Shown here: one piece after another, positions 53,461-64,000 of the stretch
How the letters are laid out: every line of letters starts with the position of its first letter
How positions within the stretch are numbered: position 1 is the stretch's first letter
NCBI GenBank assembly: GCA_964016885.1
Contig: OZ024741.1
Coordinates: 95,418,001 to 95,482,000 of the forward strand
DNA: 64,000 nt
Direction of reading: 5' to 3'
From: Eledone cirrhosa
Lineage: Eukaryota
Made by a program: the position numbers and the translations under genes
The notes under the pieces: model-generated
The model's database searches: none
Seen by the model: the letters and a program-made list of their open reading frames with translations, nothing else
Told to the model about the DNA's origin: nothing

Positions 53461-54786
53461 TATTCAAAGTAATCCAACTTATTTTACTAATGAGATAAAA
53501 AATTATAAACCGTACGCAGTCCCGCGCTCCTTACTTTATTATAGTTTAGATTCAATAGTAGTCTTATTGTGTGCCAATGGGTTTGTGCAATGTTTTGTTT
53601 CTGTTGTATTGAAAGTACTTCATCTAATATGGCTGAAGTTCCTCGTAGTGTTATTGCCTCTGTTTTGTGTATATGAGGTTTTGGTTATGTATTTATCTGC
53701 TTTTCTCGTGTGGGTCTATTTTGTCTTTTGTTTCACCACCAACACCACCCTACCCCATTCATTTGTAGTTTTGTGTATGCCTTTTTATATTCTGAATTCA
53801 AATGCTGGTAATGTCAATTTTGATTTTCTTCTTTCCAGGGTCGATAAAATTAGTGCCAGTTGTGTTATAGGGTGTTGATTTAATTGAATGTTCTCACTTC
53901 ACCAATGTATGATCTTGTGTCAGTGTTCTGCTAATTCTTTCTGTAAATAGTTTCTGATTTAGGCACAAGGCCAACATTTTTTTGTGGATGGGTGGGGAAT
54001 CTGTTAAATGACCCAGTACATCACTGGTACTTTATTTTATCAAGCTCTTAAATATGAAAGGCAAAGCTAACCTCGGTGGGATTTTTACTATAATAGTGTG
54101 TGTGAGGTGGGGTTAGACTATTGGCACCAGGATTGCCAGAATCGGCTGCCTGAGTGCTTGTATTTTTTTTTTTTTAATTTAGTCTACATGCTATTTAACT
54201 CTTAATGTGTTATAATGCATGAAACTACACTAACAAGTCATCCTTAAAAATTATAAAACAGTATTATGACTTGCGATTGTATCATAGTAAAAAATTAAAG
54301 ATATTACATGTATTTGAATTAACAAACTCATTTTTAGATATTTCTTTTAAATTATTACAGAATTAAAGATTTTTAGATTTTAAAGTTAAGAATCCTATTG
54401 AATATATTGGATTATCTGCTACATAAGCCACATAGCTCAGTGATTAGTGTTGGATACACAATCGTGAGGTTGTGAGTTCAATTCTCGGACTGGGTGATGT
54501 GTTGTGTCCTTGAACAAGACACTTTAGTTCATATTACTTCTTCTGCCAGGAGTTGCAACCAGTAGATAGTATCAGAAATGGAAAGACCAATGGAAATATT
54601 GTTTCCTTGGTCCGATTTGACATGGTCTACCCTACTCTGCAAGCGAATGAAGTCTGGGTCAATCGATCAGAACGAGAGCGATCTACTACATAACTAAATT
54701 AGAAAATTAGAACCAACCATCAAGCCTAGTAGTTAGAGTTGGACATAAAATCATATGGTCAGGTGTTCGAATTTTGGAGCAGGCAT

Positions 54787-54819
54787 GACAGAGCTGCTTC
54801 ATTCGTATGAAATCTTCAG
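54787..54819 (-). ncRNA. Degenerate hammerhead core
   Basis: Minus strand: CTGAAGA-TTTCATACGAAT-GAAG-CAGCTCTG-TC; GAAA changed to GAAG; stem I absent. Confidence 0.4.
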
Positions 54820-55129
54820 GGCATTCTTGATGATTTCATATTTTAACTGTGGTTACCCTCGACACAATTCGGGAACCATCATATGTATGTATTTAAATAT
54901 TCATGTCATATTTATGCCTCGATAAAAAGCAATCCAGTCCACCTTGTCAGGTAGTTGTGGTGGTACTATGATAAAATGCACTCAGTGCATGCCGTGAAGC
55001 AGTTGGCGTTAAGAAAGCATCCAGTCGTAGAAACCATATCGGAATAGAAAGTATGAGACTTAGACATCTGACCTGATTAGCCTCAGGTTGTGACAACCCA
55101 TTTAACCCATGCCAACATAGAAAATAAAC

Positions 55130-55294
55130 TTAACTCTTTATTTCACATAATATCGATTCTATGAGATCTTGATATTATTTATTTTGAGAACAATACCTTA
55201 ACATCAGTATGAGCAGCCAGTTACAGCCGGTTTGAACAGAAAAAGGTGACAGATTTCTGGCCGGATACAGCTAGTTTAAATGCTAAAGGGTTAA
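55130..55294 (+). mobile_element. MITE family B, internally deleted
   Basis: Right TIR plus TTAA and shared body. Confidence 0.8.
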
Positions 55295-56629
55295 AGCAAT
55301 GATGATGATAATCCAGAACAACAAAACAATGCTGTCTTTCATTGCTGCTGAAATAAAATAAGCATCTATGATGACATCAAACTATGAACAATAGTTTTTA
55401 CTATGTTATCCTGCCATAGACTGATTTATTGCATGTACAGTAATTAATATATACCGTTATTATCTTCTAGATTCCCCACACAGGGATGACTGTGTGGTTA
55501 AGAAATTTGTTTTGCAAGTGAAAGAATGGCTGTGTAGTCAAGAAGTTTGCTTCACAACCATGTAGTTAGAGGTTTTATCTCACTGTGGCAAGTGTTTTCT
55601 CCTATGTATAGCCTTGAGCTGAACAATGTCTTGCAAATGAATTTTGGTAGGTGTAATGTTTGAGGAAGGTGTGCATATGATTGTGTATATCAGTCACTGC
55701 ATGTCTTCATAACAACCACACTTACAACAAATTTGTGATGTTTTTTATGTTCTGCATAAACAATTCAGGCAGCAAATTAGCAGAGTTATTTGAACGTTGG
55801 ATAGAATGCTTAGTGCTATTCTTTCCAGCTCTCGCTCTCTGAGTTCAAATCCTGCTGGGGTCAACTTTGCCTTTCATCCTTTCGAGATTGATATAAAAAG
55901 TATCTGTTTAGTACTGGGGTCGACTTTTCCTCAATATCTCTATCCTTCTCTGGAAGAAATCTGCTGTGTTCATATCTGGAGAGGTTTAAAATGCCCAAGA
56001 AATGCTATAGGCCACTACATCACTCCTATGACTTCATTAAGACTTACGGGACCATAACATACCATAAACATTACATCCCACAGCTTAGCAGTTTGACATA
56101 GGTCACAAAACTGCCTCAAAAAGTCTCATTTAACCCATGCTAAAATGAAAAAGGTATACAAATGATGATTATGATGATCACATCAACCAACTCAAGCATT
56201 GGCTACTTGTCAAAAATATATTTTAAAAATCTCCACAGCTATCTTACTACATATTTGACATGTTGGATAACTGTACCATTCTCTACTTGTTTTTACTCTG
56301 AGAATTCCATTTTGTTGCTTTATATTGTCAGCTCTTTCTTTAGGTCATCTTTATGTTGGTTTCAGCAATGGGTCACATTGTCATCTATGTGGTGACTGAC
56401 CTTAATAATTTAGCAGTATGTATTGTGACGACCTTAATACAAGCATTTTAAGGTCATTTTCCCTGTTAAAGCTGGGGTTTGGCCAGCAAGTTGCACAAGT
56501 TTCAAACCCATCATGGGGTCCTTTTTGAGGCATTACCTTACTACCAGATGTCCATTCTGGTGCCAATGCTTCATTCACTTTCAACATCACAGAGTATGTG
56601 TACCTAGTCTACACTGGATACTCACAGCT

Positions 56630-56848
56630 TTAACCCTTTACCATTTACATTATTCTATATATACGATTGTATTTTTGTGGTAAAGTCTTTATCTTACATA
56701 ATTATCTCACATAATATAGAGTCGATGAAATTTTGATATTATTTATTTTGAGAACAATACCTTAATGTCAGTATGAGCAGCCAGTTACGGCTAGTTTGAA
56801 CAGATAGAGGTGAGAGAATTCTGGCCGGTTTAAACGCTAAAGGGTTAA
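56630..56848 (+). mobile_element. MITE family B
   Basis: TTAA ends and TIRs. Confidence 0.85.
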
Positions 56849-56869
56849 TGACTCAGCAATGTGTTATAA

Positions 56870-57059
56870 CTGTTTCTATTTTTGGCACAAGGCCAGCAAT
56901 TATCCCAGTGCATTACTGGTACTTTATTTTATCGACCCCGTAAGGATGAAAGGCAAAGTTAACCTTGGCAGGATTTGAACTTAGACTGCTAAGGGACATA
57001 ACTCTATGCTGCAAAGCATGGCGTCCGACTCTCTAATGATACTGCCAATCCACTGCCCT
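56870..57059 (-). mobile_element. Full-length SINE A with 14-bp target-site duplication
   Basis: GCAATGTGTTATAA at 56856-56869 and 57060-57073. Confidence 0.9.
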
Positions 57060-57688
57060 GCAATGTGTTATAATGGACCTTAATAACATAGTGATGTGTT
57101 GTGATGGTCTTAATGATGCTGCAATGTGCCATGACAGATCTTAATAGCTCAGCAATGTTTTGTGACAGATCTCTATGACTCAGCAAATTTGTGATAATAG
57201 ACCTTGGCGACTTCTTAATAATATATCTAATAATTTGACCTTAATGACTTGTTAATGTATTTAAGGACTGAGTAATATGTCTGTGGTAACCAACTTATAT
57301 TTAGTGAAAAAAAAAAGACTAATGAAAACCATCTCTTTAACACAAACAATAGATATTGTGAGCTAGTGAGAGAGCCTCTACCTGGTGTGGCTAGCAGTGA
57401 ATTCTCCTCCAAATCACACCTACTTTCTTAAAAGTGAAGCACACATTGGATAATGTAGTCCAAGATACACTACAGTCGAAAATATATGGGCTAGTTATAT
57501 GATGAATGCAGTACAAACAACTTCATGTTTTCTTCTTTGTAAAGCGATCTTGATTTACTATATGTATATATGGTGTGATGCAGTTGGTGTTAAGAAGGGC
57601 ATCCAGCCATAGAAAAACCAAGCCCAAACCAAATTTGTATAACAGGACCCATCTAACGTATTCAAGCATGAAAGTAGATATTAAATGA

Positions 57689-57837
57689 TAATTGTTTCTA
57701 CTTTAGGCACAAGGCCAGCAATTACCCAGTGCATTACTGGTACTTTATTTTATCGACCCCGTAAGGATGAAAGGCAAAGTCAACCTCGGCGAGATTTGAA
57801 CTCAGATCGTAAAGGGACATAACTATGCTGGAAAGCA
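57689..57837 (-). mobile_element. 5'-truncated SINE A
   Basis: Reverse complement of family A body. Confidence 0.9.
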
Positions 57838-57873
57838 TAATGATTATGATATATATGTGTGTGTGTGTGTACA

Positions 57874-58175
57874 CAGTTGTCCCCTCGTATTCGCGTGGGT
57901 TGCGTTCCTAGAGCACCCTTGAAGAGTGAAAAATTTCAAATATTGGATGTGGTCCATAGAAATGTCTATAAACGTCAAAATTTAAAGTAAAATATAATTT
58001 TAAAAAAAGAGGTAGCGTCTTATGTGAAGGGGTGTTCAATGGGCCGGCAAATACGGTATATTGTTATTAATAATTTAGCTTTAGAAAATATAAATTGCCA
58101 TGAAAAAAGCCATAAAAAAAATTGCGGAAGATATTTACAATTAAGGAAAATTCCGCAAATGCTGGGGGTACACTG
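57874..58175. mobile_element. Tigger/pogo-like MITE
   Basis: Imperfect TIRs CAGTTGTCCCCTCGTATTCGCG...CGCAAATGCTGGGGGTACACTG-TA. Confidence 0.65.
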
Positions 58176-58267
58176 TATATATCAGGGGAAATTGATGTTT
58201 GATGATGATATACATTATTTTTATTTTCTGGAAAAATCTACTATATCAGTTTTAGATCATTACTCTT

Positions 58268-58547
58268 CAGTGGTTGTCAAACTTATTGTAGTGGAGCCTT
58301 TATATGATTTTTAAAAAAAATAATCATGGAACTTTTATATGATTTTCCAAACAAGTCATAGAACCTATACCTATATTTTACAAACAATTTTCACTGACCT
58401 AATTTTAATAAAGCATTAGATAAGACAAAAGTTGTTTTAGAGCGAGAATTTATTCATAAACACAAAATCACGAAATATATTTTTATTAAAAGACACACTG
58501 AACCACAGATGTTTTTGTATTTGCAGAACCCAATTAAAGAAGTATTG
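58268..58547. mobile_element. Old hAT-like MITE
   Basis: CAGTGGTTGTCAAAC terminus; body homologous to about 9400-9625. Confidence 0.45.
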
Positions 58548-59014
58548 TTCTCAGTTTATTATTTTTTTTAATCAGTAAATTTCTCCATTGTCGATTGCAG
58601 TACTTGCAGAAATACAATATTTTTAGTTTTTCTTATCAGGAGTTAAAAGGAACAAATTTCAAGAAAAAAAATTTAAAAAATGTAACCTTTGACCTTCTTG
58701 AAAGTATGTACCCCAATGTAAAATCTCAGCTAGGTGCAAAGTTGTGACCTACAACTTGGAACCTGCATACATGCATTCACATATATGTCAAATTCTATTC
58801 TATCCAATACTATCATGAGGGCTACATTATTTGTATGATGTAGAAAATATTCCATCAATGTTGCCCAAATGATGTAACCCTCATCTTTAACCCCCCCCCC
58901 CCCTCCTCCCAACGGTTGACTCTCCATGCAATCTGTCTCCATCAAAAATTGAGCCTGCATCACATTACGTAACATTACAATAGAACTATTTTACATCTTC
59001 TGGCCTTGTATTCT

Positions 59015-59199
59015 TTAACTCTTTAGCATTTTAACCGACTGTAACTGGCCGCTCATACTGATGTTAAGGTATTATTCTCAAAATAAGTCATATCAAAATC
59101 TCATAGACTTGATATTATTTGAGATAATTATATGAGATAAAGACTTTATCATGAAAATATAATAGTAAATATAGAGTAATGTAAATGCTAAGGGGTTGA
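59015..59199 (-). mobile_element. MITE family B
   Basis: TIRs and reversed body. Confidence 0.8.
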
Positions 59200-59711
59200 T
59201 ATATCATACCAAAATTGTGGTGGTGGTGGTGGGGGGGGGGGTGTAGCTCACCTACATCACGGGATGTCTCACTGGTTGATCTTTTCAAATATGAGGTATA
59301 TCCATGTCTGTTACTGCTCTGCCCACCAAAACCCTTGCCAATATGCCCCATCCATCTACTTCCTTTGGCATTATCTAACCTTCCACCCTGTTCTTCCCTC
59401 TCCCTGATTCCTCTATCCTTTGTCCAATTCATGCCAGCATAGAAAGACAGACCCCCCCCCCCCATATACCTTCTCACCCACTACTCTTCCTTGAATACCT
59501 AGTTCTTTGTTCAACCATGCCAGCATGGAAAGATAGATGCACTCCACAATGTACTGCAAGATGTCATTCTTTAACCCCCCCCCCCCCCCCCCAACACATC
59601 TCTCTATATATATCTATATCTCTTTGGACATGTAGCATGTCCATACCCCTTCCTAACACTGTTTCTGCAGCCTAGCCTGGGACATGAGTGCCCTAGTGTT
59701 GAAAAATGCTA

Positions 59712-60037
59712 GTGCTAGTGCTACAATAAAATACACCCACCACACACTATAAAATGGCAGTGCTGGTGCCATAATAGATGCAGTCAGCCCATACTGTAAA
59801 GTAGTAGTACTGGTGCCACATTAAAATGCACCCAGTTCACACTGTAAAATGGTAGTGCTGAATCCACAGTAAAATGCACACAGCTAATACTGCAAAGTGG
59901 TAATGGTGGTACCATGTTAAAATGCACACAAGCCACTCTGTAAAGTGGTAGTGCTAGTGTCAGGCTAACAAGCACCCAGTTCACCTTGTCAAGTGGTAGT
60001 GACAATGCCACGATAAAACACACCCGGTATATACTGT
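59712..60037 (+). repeat. About 48-bp diverged tandem repeat (7 units) derived from the RTE/SINE D tail
   Basis: GTGCTGGTGCCAC..TAAAATGCACCCAG..CACACTGTAAA.TGGTA units, followed by AGGGCATCCAGC. Confidence 0.8.
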
Positions 60038-60234
60038 TAGGTAGGGCATCCAGCCTTAGAAACCAAACCCCAAATGGAACATGAATAAGACATTCACCTG
60101 ACCAGTCTTGACTCAGAACATGACATCTCCTCTAAACTATGCAAAGACAGTTTTAAGCATAATAGGAGTGTCTATGAAAGCATATACCATATGTTTATAT
60201 ACAATAAATATATGAGAGCCTCACTATCAAAGAA

Positions 60235-60798
60235 TCATCATCATCATCATCATCGTTTAACGTCCATCTTCCACGCTTGCATGGGTTTGGACGGGAGTTT
60301 TCCCACTTGAGGCATGAGTGGTTGTCTTACTCACATAGGACTGTCTGGCGGGTTTTCTACGGCTGGATGCCCTTCCTAACACCAACCACGTTTACAGTGT
60401 GGACTGGGAGGTTTTTACCGTGTTACCTACACGGCCACATTACAGCGTGGACTGTGTATTTTTTTTGTCGTGACACCTACACGACCTCGTTTGTTTCGGG
60501 CTGGATGTTGTGGTACCAACATAACTTTACATTGAAAGGGGTGGTGTGGATGGGGTGGGGGTAGTGGGACGGGGGGTGTATTTTTGTTAGAGGTGCCTAC
60601 TGACTGTAGTAGGTTTCACTTTGTACTTAGGTAAGGCGGGTCTTCTGTATTACTGTGTAGCGCCAAAGATCTCGGTCCAGTGACATTGTCTTGGAGAGGT
60701 GTAAGTGTGTGAGGTCGGAATTTATCAAGTCATCCTAGGTTTTTCTGGGTCTGCCTACTCCGTGGCTACCGTCTATTTTTATTGCCCTGCACTTTTTC
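60235..60798 (-). mobile_element. RTE-clade LINE 3' end with UTR and (GAT)n tail
   Basis: KKCRAIKIDGSHGVGRPRKT*DDLINSDLTHLHLSKTMSLDRDLWRY. Confidence 0.85.
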
Positions 60799-60811
60799 AT
60801 ACATATATATA

Positions 60812-61012
60812 TATATAACAAAGAGGGTGTGGTAAGATATCAGGTGGACCATAACGCACCAGAGTACTAGACACTTGGGGTAGTAGAGTGGATAATATGA
60901 AAAGATTCAGGACCCCCGATGGGTGAGCTCCAGCTGTTTTGACAGCTAGATCCGAACTGTTCGGATCTAGCTGTCGAAACGGCTGGAGCTCAGCCGTCGG
61001 AGTCCTGAATCT

Positions 61013-61020
<8 letters not shown>
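60812..61020. mobile_element. (TA)n-embedded fold-back element containing a hammerhead 3' half
   Basis: 126-bp near-perfect palindrome 60895-61020; GAAAC-GGCTG-gagct-CAGCC-GTC. Confidence 0.6.
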
Positions 61021-61063
<43 letters not shown>

Positions 61064-61674
61064 ATAAAATTAAGAAAGGTTTTTTGAAGGGGATCAGTAA
61101 GAAACTAATGCATATTTATTTTATATAGAAATTACTTCTACAGGACTAAAATATCTTGATTTCACGAGAATAAAACAGTTATAGTTCTTTAGGTGTAAGT
61201 TATATATATATATATATATATATGTATGTTTGTGTGGAATTTATATGTATATAATTAATATATCTTTTTGGAATGGAAGATTTGATATTCCTTCTTGGTT
61301 GGGATTGGTTAGTATGTGGGTGGGAGGAGTGGAAGAGAAGGAAGGGCAAGGTTAACTTAGTGGATAACAACATATTTCGTCTTTGTGTGTGTGTGTTAGG
61401 AGTGATTAGCCTTTTCACCTGCAGTTCCCCCTCTCTCTCATACATACTACTGCTGAAAACTCAGCCCCCTTTGCTTGGCTCCACATGTTTTGAGCCTTGA
61501 TTATTATTCTTGCCTACTCCTGCCACTCCACTCCCTCTTCTATAATCCACCTCCTTCCACCTCTCTCTCTCTCTCCTATAATCCACCTCCTGTCCCCTCC
61601 CCCTCTCTCTCTGTTATTCCTCCCCTCCCTTCCTTCCTGGTCAGCCTGCAGCAGTTATTATCCATCCCTCCAGT

Positions 61675-61749
61675 CCAGTCACCAACTCTGACAGCAGCAG
61701 CCACAGAGAGAATCTGCTGTGCTGGCTGCTGTTAGTGTTTGGTGACTGG
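61675..61749 (+). ncRNA. Pre-miRNA-like hairpin (candidate)
   Basis: CCAGTCACCAA/TTGGTGACTGG, CTGACAGCAGC/GCTGCTGTTAG and CACAG/CTGTG stems; about 10-nt loop. Confidence 0.35.
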
Positions 61750-61845
61750 TGGGTGACTCACCTCTGCCAGCAGCCTGCACCCAGTACCAAACAACAACTT
61801 GTAGCTATCTTTGTTAGTCTGGAATAGCTGGATAGGAGGAGATAG

Positions 61846-61880
<35 letters not shown>

Positions 61881-62444
61881 AGTGATAGACACACTTTTGC
61901 TGTTGTACCTATGTGTGTTCCTGGTATTGGTTGTTGTTGTTGTTGTTGATGATGTGTAACCCCAGTTCAGCAGCCCCAGACAAAGGCAAATCCAGCCAGG
62001 ATTTGTAAACAGCGCATACCTAGGACAGTTAACTAATTTGTTTTGGGCCTTTTCAAAATGGTAGTGTAAATTGCAGATTTTATTGTTGTTTCTAGCAGGT
62101 TGAGGGACCATGCACTACCCCTTCCCCCTCGCCTGCATTTATAGTTGTTGATGATATTGATGACATTGGTGGTTGTGTAAATGATTATAATGAAGGCAGT
62201 GGTGTTGTTTAGTTGCAGTTGTTTAGCTCTAGTTCAGCAGATTCCGACTGGGATCCTTATACCTAGGACTACATTATTCAATGTGTTGTCTTTCCCCTTT
62301 TGTTAAGACAAGGTGAAATTTGGGTGAGATTTAGCTGCTTTTTCTAGCAGATCGAACAACCACATAGACTCCCTCCTTGGTTTGTGGTGTTTCTTATAAT
62401 TTGGTTCTGCTGTCCTTACTGTAGTAGTGGTAGTGGAAGAATTG

Positions 62445-62667
62445 TTCCCTTTAGCATTTAAACTGGCTGCATCTGGCCAGAATTCTCTCACCTCTCTATG
62501 TTCAAACTGGCCTTAACTGGCTGCTCAAGAAGGAATTGTTCTCAAAATAAATAACATCAAAATCTTATAGATTCAATATTATGTGAGATAATTGTGTAAG
62601 ATAAAGCCTTTACCACAAAATTACAATAGTATATAAATATAGAGTAATGTAAATGCTAAAGAGTTAA
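62445..62667 (-). mobile_element. MITE family B
   Basis: TIRs and reversed body. Confidence 0.8.
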
Positions 62668-63173
62668 TGCTAAATCAGCTCTTATCCAGCAGATTAGTTA
62701 TCAAAAGTCCTTACAACTTGGACCATCCTGCCTTTTTAGTGGTATCTAGGACTACACTGTTCAATGTGTTACTTTTTTTAAAAAAGACAGTAAGGTATTA
62801 TTCGAGTGAGATTTGACTGCTATTTTAGCAAGACAAGTGACTATAGAGAGAGATGGGGAGGGTGAGACAGTGGGAGTTCGGACCAGGTGTCAGCGTCAGT
62901 TATCCATAAGGAGGTAGTGATACAGAGAAATTCTAGCTGAACACTGCTGCTGCTGTTAATGACTATGTATTGGCTGTGTTAGTTGTTGATGTTGTTTAGC
63001 CCGAGGTCAATCAACACTTATTGTGCAGACCTAATGATGAAAAGTATCCCATCCTTTTTCCAAATATAGTGCACTCATAATGACCTTATAATGTACTCCT
63101 TTTTAAAGCAGATAGGATTTAATTTGAGAGAGTTTTGACTGCTATTTCTATTATTGGTTGTTAGTGGTTGGGA

Positions 63174-63360
63174 TAATTGTTTCTACTTTTGGCAGAAGGC
63201 CAGCAATTACGCAGTACATTACTGGTACTTTATTTTATCGACCCCGTAAGGATGAAAGGCAAAGTTAACCTCGGCGGGATTTGAACTCAGACCGTAAAGG
63301 GATGTAACTATGCTGGAAAGCATGGCGTCCGACCCTCTACCGATACTGCCAATTCACCCA
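63174..63360 (-). mobile_element. Full-length SINE A
   Basis: Reverse complement of the full family A sequence; GGGATAAT on both sides. Confidence 0.9.
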
Positions 63361-64000
63361 CTGGTGGGATAATAATGGTGACAGTGGTAGTGTTGAATGA
63401 TGTATATTAGTAGTAGTAGTAGTTGTTGTTGTAGTGGTAAAGGGCTTATTATTGTTTAGCCCCACATTATGGTTATGTTGCTGTAATGGTGATGTTTGTG
63501 ATTCTCCCTCCTCCAGGCCACATCTGACTCAAAAGATATATGATCAAAGGTGTCACAGTCATTATCAACCTGTTTTCTTTTTTTATGCAGGTTTATGTTA
63601 TTCATTGCCTACATCTTCCTTTTTTTTGTTAAGAGTGTGATTTGTGGCAATTTGGCTGTTATTTCTAGCAAGTCAAGTGACCTGCATAAAGCATGTCATA
63701 GTAAAGTGGGATTTGAGGGCTATACTGCTATTTTTAGCAGATTGAGTGACCTTTATTAGCTCAGTAGCGGTGGGGTTGTTGATATTTAGTACCAGGTTTA
63801 GCTATCATCAAGCAGACCCAAGATCAAAGGCATTCCAGCTGTGACTACCCAGTTTGTTCTCTATGTGCAGGAAACCCAGGCCCATATTACCCAACACATT
63901 ATTTTTTTTTAAGACAGTAAGTTGTGATTTGACTGCTATTTCCAGCAGGTTGAGCGATTGTGTAAAGGGTCCCTTGTTTTGTTTGAGGTGGTGGAAAGGA

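Noticed and set aside
59712-60037. CRISPR-like periodicity (also 18751-18963 and 7077-7357)
   Set aside because: No unique spacers, no cas genes, eukaryotic context

Overview
Eukaryotic, AT-rich, CpG-poor, repeat-dense genomic DNA. The tRNA-derived SINE families, RTE fragments and very long (TA)n/(CA)n tracts point to a coleoid cephalopod, probably Octopus (inferred from repeat content only). No protein-coding gene can be supported; the long ORFs in the track are satellite or microsatellite read-through. Contents: three tRNA-headed SINE families; RTE-clade LINE 3' fragments; two decayed CRE-clade endonuclease fragments; TTAA (piggyBac-like) and TA (Tc1/mariner/pogo-like) MITEs; a 3.1-kb 17-bp satellite with a ~984-bp higher-order duplication; several minisatellites. 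The most notable signals are: (i) type I hammerhead ribozyme motifs (35.3, 39.4/39.7, 47.3, 54.8, 61.0 kb), mostly in fold-back arrangement beside (TA)n and probably from Penelope-like elements; (ii) large inverted duplications centred on microsatellites (5.9-6.6 kb, 47.8-49.7 kb); (iii) a cluster of minus-strand splice-donor motifs next to a CpG-retaining island (21.6-24.5 kb); (iv) a pre-miRNA-like hairpin at 61.7 kb. All alignments, folds and counts were done by eye.
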